64,000 bases of DNA from Halodesulfurarchaeum sp. (GTDB lineage Archaea; Halobacteriota; Halobacteria; Halobacteriales; Halobacteriaceae): the NCBI GenBank assembly GCA_034520565.1, contig JAXHNL010000002.1:768001-832000 (forward strand), given 5' to 3'. The translations under genes and the position numbers were made by a program. Position 1 is the first letter of the stretch; the number at the start of each line of letters is the position of its first letter. The notes below the pieces were generated by a model. It ran no database searches. It worked only from the letters and a program-made list of their open reading frames with translations, and was not told the DNA's origin. This document shows, piece after piece, positions 11,442-25,202 of this stretch.

Positions 11442-12510
11442 TCAGCTCGATATCCGCGCCGACGGCTTCTTCGACGGCGTCGAAGCCGTCTGCTTCGAGT
11501 AGGTCGAGCAGGCCCTCGTTGATGTCCCGCGCGACTGTCGGGCCCTGGTAGATGAAGCCCGTATAGAGCTGGACGAGATCGGCGCCGGCCCTGATCTTCT
11601 CGTAGGCGTCCTCGGCTGTGAAGACGCCGCCGACGCCGACGACCGGGAGGTCGGTCCGCTCCGCGACGAACCGGACCGTTTCTGTCGCCCGATCGGCGAT
11701 CGGTTTGCCGGAGAGGCCACCGGTTTGCTCGGCAGCGGGGCTCGCGAGATCGTCCGGCCGATCGATGGTCGTGTTCGTCGCCACGATACCAGCGAGGCCG
11801 AGGGACTCGGCGAGATCGACCACGTCCGCGATCGCATCCTCGTGGAGGTCCGGCGAGAGTTTCACCAGTAGCGGATCGGCCCCGGCGTCCACGAGCGTTC
11901 GGAGAATGCCGGTCGAGCGGCTCCCTGTCCTGTAACTCGCGGAGCCCGGGCGTGTTCGGGCTGGAGACGTTGACGACGAAGAAATCGCCGCGGGGGGCCA
12001 GCCGTTCGTAGGTGTACAGGTAGTCGGAAGCGGCGTCCTCGAGTGGCGTCGTCTTCGTCTTCCCGATGTTGGCCCCGATCGGGACGGTGGGCTCGACGGT
12101 CGAGAGTCGGTCCGCGATGACGTCCGCGCCCGCGTTGTTGAACCCCATGCGGTTGATGATCGCCTTGTCCTCGGGGAGCCGGAAGAGTCGGGGTCGGGGG
12201 TTGCCGGGCTGGCCCTCGGCAGTGACCGCCCCGATCTCGACGTGGCCGAAGCCGAGTGACCCGAGCATCACGGGGATTCGCGCGTTCTTGTCGAAGCCGG
12301 CTGCGACGCCGACTGGGTTTGGGAAGCGGACATGTCCGAACGACGGTCGTCTCGAGACGTCGCGGTCTGTCGACCGTGACGGTAGTTCTCCGAGCGTCGG
12401 ATCGGATCGGCCCGCTGGCGTGTCCCAGCCCGAGTGCGCGTGACGAGCGGTCTCGTGGGCGGTCTCGCGGCGGCAGGTGTAAAGCACGGCGGCCGCGCTG
12501 AGGGAGCGAT
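11442..12510 (-). CDS. pyrD: Quinone-dependent dihydroorotate dehydrogenase (frameshifted, garbled 5' end; ends approximate)
   Basis: [63 protein letters not shown] spread across two ORFs. Confidence 0.88.
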
Positions 12511-12521
12511 CCGTGCGCCGG

Positions 12522-12719
12522 TTAGAAGTCGTGTTCCACGTCTTCGGGGTCAGCCTTCTGGATAATGATCTTGTCCTCACGCACCCGCACGAACACTTCG
12601 TCGCCGATCTCGAGGCCGGCGACGGCGAGTTCGTCCTCGTGAAGGTTGACGTGTGCGTTGTGGTAGTCCTCGTCCTCGCCTTTCGCACCACTCGGACTGA
12701 GCTTCTTCTTTCGAACCAT
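12522..12719 (-). CDS. Small haloarchaeal AbrB/SpoVT-like protein (65 aa)
   Basis: [11 protein letters not shown]...[26 protein letters not shown] swapped-hairpin-like pattern; TTAAG box upstream, divergent from MC1. Confidence 0.6.
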   Translation of the reverse strand: MVRKKKLSPSGAKGEDEDYHNAHVNLHEDELAVAGLEIGDEVFVRVREDKIIIQKADPEDVEHDF

Positions 12720-12928
12720 CGAGGTATCGTCTAGGTGCGCCTTGGCCACAGCGGATACTTAAGTTCTTCCGACGTCCGACGCATCGTGCACCGCGGTCGG
12801 CCGGCACTTCGGCGCCTGAACTCGGGCGCGCCCAACCCGATCGACTGGTCGAGACGTATCGCAGACGCGCCGAAATCGCCGGTATATTTATACCACATTC
12901 TTGTGTTGGGTTCGCATGGGACATAACC

Positions 12929-13243
12929 ATGGTACGAGAGGACGGCAAGCGGAACTTCGCGCTTCGTGAGGAGGACGGCTCGGAACCGAGCGTATTCAGC
13001 GGGAATACGCCACGACAGGCCGCCAAAAAAGCAGCCAGACGGCTTTCAGAGGTGGGGGATTCGGAGGATTCGGCCCCACGGACAGAAATCCAGCTGCGAG
13101 AAAAAGGGACCGACAAAGTCCACATCTACGAGGCCTGGGCCTGGAACGAGTCCTCGCCGGCGGACTCGCCGGACTGGATGCCCGCAGAGATCACGAAAGC
13201 GAACGTCTCGAAACAGGGGATCGAGCACCTCGAAGAGGTCTGA
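12929..13243 (+). CDS. Non-histone chromosomal protein MC1
   Basis: KRNFALR...VFSGNTPRQAAKKAA...LREKGTDKVHIY...WMP. Confidence 0.93.
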   Translation: MVREDGKRNFALREEDGSEPSVFSGNTPRQAAKKAARRLSEVGDSEDSAPRTEIQLREKGTDKVHIYEAWAWNESSPADSPDWMPAEITKANVSKQGIEHLEEV

Positions 13244-13601
13244 AACTCGAAACGCATACCCGCCCGCCGTCCGTCAGGGACACCTGCGCGGTCTCTCCCG
13301 GCCCGACCGGACGTACGAACGTGGGATGACCGGCCGCCCTCCGACCGCGCAACAGTCCAGCGACCGGTAGCGACTGGTTGATTGTACATATTGTGTGGCA
13401 GACATCCCGTCCAGCAAGCGCCACGGGAGTCCGGGGTCAACTGTCGAACCACGGGTACCGCCAGCTGTCCGAATACGCGACGAGTGCCGACGGCCCCGCC
13501 CACAGCACCCTCGCTAGGCGCTCACGACCCCGCTCGGTTGGACAGCCAAATGGATGTCGATCTCGCCGCCCTCGCCATGAAACACCGTCACGAACTGCCC
13601 T

Positions 13602-13886
13602 CGGTTCGACGGCCTTATGTTGGACCCGGGCTTCGGATGTGATGTGACGATGAGGTGGCCCAGGTGACTGGCGCCACTGATGTACGATGCCGACATCGAG
13701 GCGGTCGACGGTTCGACGGCCTTATGTACTCCCTGGCGATTCGGGTTTAATGCGTTCGGCGGCCGGCAGCAGTGCCGGGCCGCCCCCCGATCGCCGGTTG
13801 ATCTCCTGCTTTCATGCAGGGGTCACTTTCGGCATCGGTGTCCCGATGGATCGATCATCGGTGCCGGGCCCCTTCGATGGGTTTAA
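13602..13886 (+). promoter_or_regulatory. Tandem rRNA operon promoters
   Basis: CGGTTCGACGGCCTTATGT repeated exactly at 13602-13620 and 13709-13727, plus TTCGATGGGTTTAA at 13873-13886; matches the haloarchaeal TTCGA-N4-TTAA rrn promoter pattern. Confidence 0.75.
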
Positions 13887-14081
13887 CACCCGTCGTCGAC
13901 TATATACGGGTCCGGAGGAAATGAGGATTCCACCCCTGCGGTCCGCCGTACAGATGGGATCTGATGTTAGCCCTGGTAGTTCGGTGACACCCGGTCGGTC
14001 GGCGTGTCGTCGTGGCCTACCGATAGCGACACGCCATACCAGGGTGATCCCGCCTAACCCGCCTGGGCTTCGCCGAGGCAC

Positions 14082-15555
<1,474 letters not shown>

Positions 15556-15677
15556 ACCGATCGGGACCGGGACTTCGCCGAGCCCACCTATCGGACGTTC
15601 AGACGTCCGGCCCGTCGTGCCCGACCGGACACCAACAAACCATCAAGGCTAACACACCGTCCTCCCGCGAGGGAGGC

Positions 15678-15749
15678 GGGCCCATAGCTCAGCGGGAGAG
15701 CGCCGCCTTTGCAAGGCGGAGGCCCTGGGTTCGAATCCCAGTGGGTCCA
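15678..15749 (+). tRNA. tRNA-Ala(TGC) in the 16S-23S spacer
   Basis: GGGCCCATAGCTCAG...TTTGCAA...GGTTCGAATCC...GGGTCCA cloverleaf. Confidence 0.98.
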
Positions 15750-16002
15750 TGCCGGGTTCGGTCGAATCGTGCCCCTTAAGTGGGTCCGCGCGATTCGATC
15801 CGGTACGACGACCGATGCACCACCCGCGCAAGCGCGGGTGGGAAGGGTCGATGCACGCACCGGCTATGCACCACGGGGACGTGCGATGACGACCGTGTGT
15901 ACGTGCGATCCAGGCGTCCACTGGACTCGTTCATCATCCTGGCAGGTCACCGTGATACATCAGCGAAGTCACAGTGACTGCATCAGCGAGTTCACGCCAA
16001 TC

Positions 16003-18920
<2,918 letters not shown>

Positions 18921-18994
18921 TTCATTCCGCATCGACTCGTTTTCGGACGAGTCCGGGCGTAAACTGGATTGCACGTATACACGGTCGAGGACCA

Positions 18995-19050
18995 CCGATA
19001 CTGGTGTACCGAACGTTCGTTCGGTCGCGGTTCGATTCCGCGGGTCGGCG
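18995..19050 (+). other. tRNA-like (T-arm) processing element immediately 5' of 5S rRNA
   Basis: CCGA...CGCGGTTCGATTCCGCG GGTCGG mini acceptor/T-arm; tRNase Z cleavage of such an element is described in Haloferax. Confidence 0.7.
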
Positions 19051-19281
19051 TTAAGGCGGCCATAGCGGCGGGGAAACACCCGTACCCATCCCGAACACGG
19101 AAGTTAAGCCCGCCTGCGTTCCGGCGAGTACTGGAGTGCGCGAGCCTCTGGGAAAACTGCCTCGCATTAGCGGGGGGCCAAGTGCAGGCCGAGGGGTGCA
19201 ATCGTCAGTACACGCAGGGTCCGTCCCGGTGGAAAGCGAGACCATCCTGTCGACGCCTGTAACTGGTGGTTCGCCGCCACC
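19051..19281 (+). rRNA. rrf: 5S rRNA with ~109-nt internal insertion (~231 nt)
   Basis: Canonical TTAAGGCGGCCATAGC...CCCATCCCGAACACGG...CTCTGGGAAA; the 3' end GGTTCGCCGCC resumes only at 19268. Confidence 0.93.
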
Positions 19282-19307
19282 ATTCATTCCTTCATTCATC
19301 ACGTTCG

Positions 19308-19397
19308 CGAGCGACAGCCACGTCGCTCGGGCGTTTCATACCGACGAGCGACAGCAACGTCACTCGGTGGGGTTCACAGGTACGAGGGACAGCCACG
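19308..19397 (+). repeat. Three hairpin repeats downstream of 5S
   Basis: CGAGCGAC-AGCCAC-GTCGCTCG (19308), CGAGCGAC-AGCAAC-GTCACTCG (19345), CGAGGGACAGCCACG (19383); period 37-38 nt. Confidence 0.7.
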
Positions 19398-19575
19398 CGT
19401 GGTTCCGGGTGATCAGTTCCTTCGTCCCTGTATTTAACCCGAGACACACGAACGCATGACTCACGAGGACGGTCGGTGGAGATTGGTCGCACGCTCGCGA
19501 TTTGAAGTCAGCACACGGTATGGTCAAACCATGAAGGGTCACATCTATATACCGGGCAGTCTTGTCTGTTACTGT

Positions 19576-20568
19576 ATGACACGCAATACAAGCAGACGGC
19601 GGTTCATCCAGGCCGCCGGTGGCGCGTCCATCGTGGCGCTCGCCGGCTGTGCCGGAAACGGCGACGAGAATGGCGACGCGACCACAGCGGAACCCGAAGA
19701 GACGACCGAAGAGCAGGTCACCGCACTCTCGTGGCACGCGGGCGGCACGGGTGGAACCTACTACCCGCTCTCGAACGAATTCAAGACGGTCGTCGAGGGC
19801 AACTCCGAGTTCACCCTCAACGTTCAGTCCACCGGTGCGAGCGTCGAGAACGTCGGCAGCCTCTCCAACGGCGAGGCCGACTTCGCGTTGATCCAGAACG
19901 ACGTTGCATACTTCGCGAAGAACGGAACCGGGATCGATGCCTTCGACGGGAACGCCATCGAGAACCTCCGCGGGGTCGCGACGCTGTACCCCGAGACCAT
20001 CACGCTGGTCACCCTCGCTGACAGCGGGTTTACGGAACTCGCGGACCTCGAAGGGGCGACGATCAACACCGGTGACCTCGGTTCGGGAACACAGGTCAAC
20101 GCAGTTCAGATCCTGGAGGCGGCCGGCATCGAGAACTTCGACGAGCAGAATGCCTCCTTCTCACAGGCAGCCGACCAGTTGCGTGACGGTGACGTGGATG
20201 CCTCTTTCGTCGTCGGCGGCTACCCCGTCGGCGCGATCGAGGACCTCGCGAATACGAACGACATTCACATCATCCCGATCACCGGCGACAACCGCGCGGC
20301 GGCGAAGGACGCCGCCTCGTGGTTCGCCGACGATACCATCCCCGCCGGAACCTACACGGGCGTCGACGAGGACGTCGAAACCATCTCCGTGCAGGCGATG
20401 ATCGCGACGCGGGCGGAACTCCCCGCTGACACCGTCGAAAGCGTCACGGCAGCCATCTTCGACAACCTGGACGAGCTGACGACGAAGACCGACTTCATCA
20501 GCGTGGAGAGCGCCCAGGACGGCATGCCCATCGAGCTGCACGAGGGCGCTTCGGCCTACTTCGGCTAA
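19576..20568 (+). CDS. TRAP transporter TAXI-family solute-binding lipoprotein
   Basis: Tat + lipobox SRRRFI...LAGC; GGTGGTYY, STGASVEN, LYPE, PIELHEGA. Confidence 0.93.
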   Translation: MTRNTSRRRFIQAAGGASIVALAGCAGNGDENGDATTAEPEETTEEQVTALSWHAGGTGGTYYPLSNEFKTVVEGNSEFTLNVQSTGASVENVGSLSNGEADFALIQNDVAYFAKNGTGIDAFDGNAIENLRGVATLYPETITLVTLADSGFTELADLEGATINTGDLGSGTQVNAVQILEAAGIENFDEQNASFSQAADQLRDGDVDASFVVGGYPVGAIEDLANTNDIHIIPITGDNRAAAKDAASWFADDTIPAGTYTGVDEDVETISVQAMIATRAELPADTVESVTAAIFDNLDELTTKTDFISVESAQDGMPIELHEGASAYFG

Positions 20569-20598
20569 CCGAAGGCGTCGAAACGCCACCATATCCGC

Positions 20599-21096
20599 AT
20601 GCGGGTCTTTGACTGGCCGGTTCGTCGATGGCTCCTGATTGCAGTCGTATTGGTCGCAGCGATCGGACTCGTCGGGGCGACCGCAAGTGGTCACACGCTC
20701 GTCGTCGAGCGGACGGATACGGGTGAGAAAATCATCGAGACTCCCGTCTCGAACGGGTCGGTCGTCGCACTCGAGTACACCCACAGCGTCGAGAAGACCC
20801 GAGTGTACGACGAATACACCGTCGTCGACACGACCCTCGAGAACACCCGGATGGAGTTCGAATCCTACGGCTGGGGATTGCCGGCCGGTGCGAACGTGAC
20901 GTTGGAGAACGGGACGTTCGTCTTCGATCCGGACCGGGAGTACGAACAGCTCCGGGTGAAACCTGGAACCGTGGCCAATCACACGCTGATCGTCGACGGC
21001 GAACGATACGACCTGGTCGAACGGAGTGACGCGAATTCGGTGATTATTCGGGTCAGTAGCGACACCCCCCTTACAAGGCTCCTCGCGGGCCACTGA
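20599..21096 (+). CDS. DUF1850-like TAXI-associated protein
   Basis: LEYTHSVEKT and FESYGWGLP motifs; lies between TAXI SBP and permease. Confidence 0.85.
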   Translation: MRVFDWPVRRWLLIAVVLVAAIGLVGATASGHTLVVERTDTGEKIIETPVSNGSVVALEYTHSVEKTRVYDEYTVVDTTLENTRMEFESYGWGLPAGANVTLENGTFVFDPDREYEQLRVKPGTVANHTLIVDGERYDLVERSDANSVIIRVSSDTPLTRLLAGH

Positions 21097-21098
21097 AG

Positions 21099-23831
21099 AT
21101 GACCGAAACCGAACCCCCGACGGACGAAACGCCGGTTCCGGACAGTGACGAGATCATTCAGAAACTCCAGCGAAAGCGATCGGTCGCCGGGTGGCTCGGC
21201 GTCCTCGTTGCCGCGATCGGCATCTCCTTTTCGGTCTTCCAGGTCATGCTCGCGGCCAAGAGTTTCTACTGGGATCTCCCCCTTCCGATCGTCGGGGAGA
21301 TCCGATTGGTGGGTCTGCAACTGTTGCAGGCAAACGCCGTGCACGTGAGCTTTGCGCTCGTGTTGACGTTTCTCCTGTACCCGCCGACGACGGGCGAGGG
21401 GATCATCGTCCGATCGTTTGGCCGGCTCTATTCGATCCTGGACGAGTTGGTCGGGGGCGTAAATCCGATGGGGCGTGCCCTCGAGGCGGTCCGGGGCGGG
21501 ATTCGATGGGCCTTCTTCGACCCGGACCAGGAACGGCTCACCCCGATCGACGTGGTGCTGTCGATCGTCGCGGCGCTCGCGGCGATCTACTTCCTCGCCG
21601 AATTCAGCGAGATCCAGAACATCCGGTTGTTCGGCCTCAGTTCGGGGGTACCGTTCTACGAAACGTTCCCGTTCGAGCCGCTGTTCGACGCGCTCCCGTT
21701 TCTCGAATTTGCGATCGGCGTGATTCCGGGTTCGGAGTTTCCTTACGCCTTCTTCCTCGGGATCGTCGGGGTGTTTCTCGTTTTGGAGGCGACCCGGCGG
21801 ACGATCGGCCTCCCGCTGATGCTCATCGTCGCGGGGTTCATCGTATACGCCCGCTGGGGGTACATGATCCCGGCTGACACCCCCTACGTCGGCGTGCTCT
21901 CGATTCCCGAACTCTCCTGGCAGGCGATCGTCCAGAACCTGTGGTACAACACCGAAAACGGGGTGTTCGGCATCCCGGTGACCGTCTCGGTGCAGTTCAT
22001 CTACATCTTCATCCTCTTCGGGGCGTTCCTCGAGAAGAGCGGTGCGGGCCAGTGGTTCATCGACCTCGCGTACGCAGGTACGGGAACGCGCACCGGCGGC
22101 CCGGCGAAGGCCTCGATTCTGGCGAGCGGGTTCATGGGCACGATCTCCGGCTCTTCGATCGCCAACACGGTCACGACCGGGACCTTCACCATCCCGCTGA
22201 TGAAGCGGTCGGGGTACGACGCGGAGTTCTCCGGTGCAGTCGAGGCAGCCGCCTCCTCCGGCGGGCAGATTCTCCCGCCAGTGATGGGCGCGGCCGCGTT
22301 TCTCATCGTGCAGTACACCGCGACGCCATTCGCGGACGTGATCGTCGTGGCGACGATCCCGGCGATCGTCTTCTTCTTCGGCGTGTGGGTGATGGTTCAC
22401 CTCAAAGCCGTGCAGTCGGGGGTCGGCGGACTCGACGCGAGCGAGCTCGTCGACGTGGGCGATCACCTCCGCCGGGGCTGGTTCTACCTCGCACCCATCG
22501 GCCTGTTGCTCTACTACCTGATCATCGAGCGGCTCTCCGTTGGCCGTTCGGCGTGGTACACGATACTCTCGATCGCAGCGCTCATCGCGCTGGTGGCCGC
22601 GTACAACGACGACACCCGTCGATTGGTTCCGCTCGCGCTCCTCGGGATCGCCGGGCTCAACTTCGTCTCGATGGTACTCTTCGGTGCCGATCTCCTGGGT
22701 CTGGTGATTACCGGGCCGCTGACGGCGCTGTCCCCCGCCGATGCCTTCGGCCGGGTGCTGGGCAATCTCGGCTGGTACGCGATCATCGCGGCCGTACTGG
22801 TGATGGGCACTCGCCCGATGATGCGATCGCCGCTGCTCTCGATGGACCCGGACGTCCAGAAGACCGCGAAAAACCTCTCTGGGGGTATCGGGCGTCCCTC
22901 CCTCGAAGACAACCAACTGTTCCGCTACGTCGCGTACACCGGCAACGCCATGGAATCCGGGGCTCGGACGGCCGTGCCAGTGGTCATCGCAGTCGCGGCC
23001 GCGGGCGTGATCCCGGGAGTCATCAGCGTGTCCGGGCTGGGACCGAACCTCGTTTCGCTCATTACGGAACTCGCGGCCGGGTCACTCGTCCTCATGCTCT
23101 TGATGACGGCGGTCGCCTCGATCATTCTCGGGATGGGGATGCCGACGACGGTCACGTACATCATCCTCGTCTCGCTTCTGGGCCCGGCCCTCGTGGCCTT
23201 TGGCATCGCCGAGTTGGCCGCCCACCTGTTCATCCTTTACTTCGGGGTGATCGCGGACATCACTCCCCCGGTGGCCGTCGCGGCCTACGCGGCTTCGGGG
23301 GTGGCCCAGTCCGACGCGTTCGAGACGGGGGTGAAGGCGTTCTCGCTGTCGCTCAACAAGGCCATCGTTCCCTTCGCCTTCATTCTCTCGCCGGGAATCC
23401 TGTTACTCCGGACGGGCGTTTCGGTCCCCGGCAGCGACAAGACCTACCGGGTGCTCACCGGGGGCGACCTGACCGAACTGGGCTTCGTCATTCCCGAGGT
23501 CGTCCTCCCGGTTATCGGACTCTTTCTCGGGGTCTACGCCCTCGGGCCGACGGTCATCGGTCACCTCTCCGCACCCCTCTCACGGCTCAGCCGGGCGGCC
23601 TTCGCACTGAGTGCGTTCCTGCTGATGGCCCCTGGACTGTTCGTCACGTCACTCTCGGATGCCCTCTCGGTCGTCGGCCTCGGACCGATTCCGCTCACGC
23701 CGACGCTGGACATCGGGCTCAGGGCGATCGGACTGGTCCTGTTCGTGCTCCTCTACGTTCGGGATCGCCGCACGGAGTGGGAGGGCCCGGCAAATCGGAG
23801 TGACGGACGGAGCGCGGAAGGGGCCGCCTGA
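21099..23831 (+). CDS. TRAP transporter fused permease (4TM/12TM)
   Basis: GGPAK, ISGSSIAN, SSGGQILPPVMGAAAF, LGMGMPTT, ADITPPVA. Confidence 0.95.
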   Translation: MTETEPPTDETPVPDSDEIIQKLQRKRSVAGWLGVLVAAIGISFSVFQVMLAAKSFYWDLPLPIVGEIRLVGLQLLQANAVHVSFALVLTFLLYPPTTGEGIIVRSFGRLYSILDELVGGVNPMGRALEAVRGGIRWAFFDPDQERLTPIDVVLSIVAALAAIYFLAEFSEIQNIRLFGLSSGVPFYETFPFEPLFDALPFLEFAIGVIPGSEFPYAFFLGIVGVFLVLEATRRTIGLPLMLIVAGFIVYARWGYMIPADTPYVGVLSIPELSWQAIVQNLWYNTENGVFGIPVTVSVQFIYIFILFGAFLEKSGAGQWFIDLAYAGTGTRTGGPAKASILASGFMGTISGSSIANTVTTGTFTIPLMKRSGYDAEFSGAVEAAASSGGQILPPVMGAAAFLIVQYTATPFADVIVVATIPAIVFFFGVWVMVHLKAVQSGVGGLDASELVDVGDHLRRGWFYLAPIGLLLYYLIIERLSVGRSAWYTILSIAALIALVAAYNDDTRRLVPLALLGIAGLNFVSMVLFGADLLGLVITGPLTALSPADAFGRVLGNLGWYAIIAAVLVMGTRPMMRSPLLSMDPDVQKTAKNLSGGIGRPSLEDNQLFRYVAYTGNAMESGARTAVPVVIAVAAAGVIPGVISVSGLGPNLVSLITELAAGSLVLMLLMTAVASIILGMGMPTTVTYIILVSLLGPALVAFGIAELAAHLFILYFGVIADITPPVAVAAYAASGVAQSDAFETGVKAFSLSLNKAIVPFAFILSPGILLLRTGVSVPGSDKTYRVLTGGDLTELGFVIPEVVLPVIGLFLGVYALGPTVIGHLSAPLSRLSRAAFALSAFLLMAPGLFVTSLSDALSVVGLGPIPLTPTLDIGLRAIGLVLFVLLYVRDRRTEWEGPANRSDGRSAEGAA

Positions 23832-23879
23832 GTGCGCGTTGCTGGATCGTTTTCGGAACCAACCGACTCTCCTGGAGCG

Positions 23880-24635
23880 TTATTTCTCGCCGGGCCACTG
23901 TCGGGGTCGGACGGATTCGTCGAGTCGCGAAACCACCACTTCGAGCAGTTGCTCGAGGTTGACCGTGTCCGCGCGGTTGTACTCCACGAGCGTGTCGAGT
24001 GCCGCGCGGTCCCCGCGCTCGTACTCCCGCCAGAGCCGGATCGCGTCCCGGCCGGAGATGTCGGGCCGGTCGCGTTCGATGCCGATCGATCGCTCGATCG
24101 CTTTCAGGCCGCCGGTGAGTCCGAGTCGCTGGCAGAGGAATCGCAGGTCGAGATGCGGCAGGTCGACGTCGATCCCGAGTTCGGTCTCGAGGAACGGGAG
24201 GTCGAACTGTACGCCGTTGAAGGTGCCAAGCAGTCCGGCGTCTTGGAAGTGGGCCTGGAGCCGTTCGGCGGTGAGGTCCCGACCGCGGACGAGGGTGTCG
24301 GTCTCGCCGTCGCGATGGAGGGAGACGGTCGTCACGACGTCGCGATGCTGGTCGAGACCGGTCGTCTCGATGTCGAGAAAGAGGGTCTGCTCGCGGAAGT
24401 TCTCGTAGAGGCGCCACTGAGCCTGGTCGGGAAATTCCCGCGCGAAGAAGTCGACGTCGCGGGTTTCCAGCTTCGGATCGGCACGGGCGATGAAGTCCTC
24501 GACCCGCCGGCCGGTTTTCTCGCCGAGCAGGTCGGGCTCGAAGCGGTTCCAGTGGGTCGCGCCCTGTTCCCAGAGGGAGCGCTCCGTGGTTTCGCCCACG
24601 CCGCGGACTGGGATGTAGCTCTGCTCGATACGCAC
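23880..24635 (-). CDS. RNase H-like (YprB-type) exonuclease domain protein
   Basis: FLDIETTGL, TFNG..FDLPFL, HLDL, GGLKAIE, EYNRAD. Confidence 0.85.
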   Translation of the reverse strand: MRIEQSYIPVRGVGETTERSLWEQGATHWNRFEPDLLGEKTGRRVEDFIARADPKLETRDVDFFAREFPDQAQWRLYENFREQTLFLDIETTGLDQHRDVVTTVSLHRDGETDTLVRGRDLTAERLQAHFQDAGLLGTFNGVQFDLPFLETELGIDVDLPHLDLRFLCQRLGLTGGLKAIERSIGIERDRPDISGRDAIRLWREYERGDRAALDTLVEYNRADTVNLEQLLEVVVSRLDESVRPRQWPGEK

Positions 24636-24724
24636 AGGGAGATGTAGTTCGTGTTCCTATGAAAAGCTTCGCGGGTTGGACTAGCGGGGTTTTGATATTC
24701 GGCTGTCAAGTGTGACACCACCTC

Positions 24725-24890
24725 CGAAAGCCCCCTCCCGCTCGCGCGCTCTCGCCGGGATATCGCTCGCTCACTTCGCGCGCTCGCGACAGGGCCCGGC
24801 GAGGCCCACGCGAGCGGTCGGCCAGGGCGAGAGCCTCCGGCTCTCGCTTGCTCCCCCTCGGTCCTACGGACCTCGCGGGAACCCTTTCGT
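24725..24890. repeat. Nested palindromic (REP/MITE-like) intergenic element
   Basis: CCGCTCGCG...CGCGAGCGG encloses CTCGCCGGG...CCCGGCGAG, followed by hairpin GCGAGAGCC-TCC-GGCTCTCGC. Confidence 0.65.
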
Positions 24891-24960
24891 ATTCCCGCCC
24901 GGTTGATGGTCGCTTTTGTACCGCAACGATTAACCTCTCTAATCAACTACCATCGGACGC

Positions 24961-25068
24961 GCCAAGGTGGCAGAGTCCGGCCTAACGCAGCGGCCTGCAG
25001 TTCCGTCAGACTCCCAAGTCGTCTGCCGGCGTCGCACGCGAGCGTGCGACAGCCGCCAATCGCCGGTT
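24961..25068 (+). pseudogene. Truncated tRNA-Cys copy with a 50-nt insertion at position 37/38
   Basis: 24961-25000 is identical to the first 40 nt of tRNA-Cys; 25051-25068 matches the next 18 nt at 17/18; rest of T-arm and acceptor 3' strand absent. Confidence 0.85.
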
Positions 25069-25126
25069 GCCGGACCGCCACCGCACCACAATCCAGTAAG
25101 CGGATCCGCTGCCGAGAGACAATTGC

Positions 25127-25202
25127 GCCAAGGTGGCAGAGTCCGGCCTAACGCAGCGGCCTGCAGAGCCGCCCATCGCCGGTTCAAATCCGGCCCTTGG
25201 CT
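25127..25202 (+). tRNA. tRNA-Cys(GCA)
   Basis: GCCAAGG acceptor pairs with CCTTGGC, anticodon loop CTGCAGA, GGTTCAAATCC T-loop, U discriminator. Confidence 0.97.

Noticed and set aside
6427-12510. Programmed frameshifting or pseudogenes in trpS, pheT and pyrD
   Set aside because: Multiple scattered indels with garbled stretches and no consistent slippery sites; essential genes; consensus error is more likely
13602-13727. 19-bp direct repeat as a mobile-element end
   Set aside because: Matches the known tandem haloarchaeal rrn promoter architecture
19308-19397. Possible mini-CRISPR array
   Set aside because: Only three degenerate ~22-nt units with ~15-nt linkers and no cas genes; kept as a hairpin repeat
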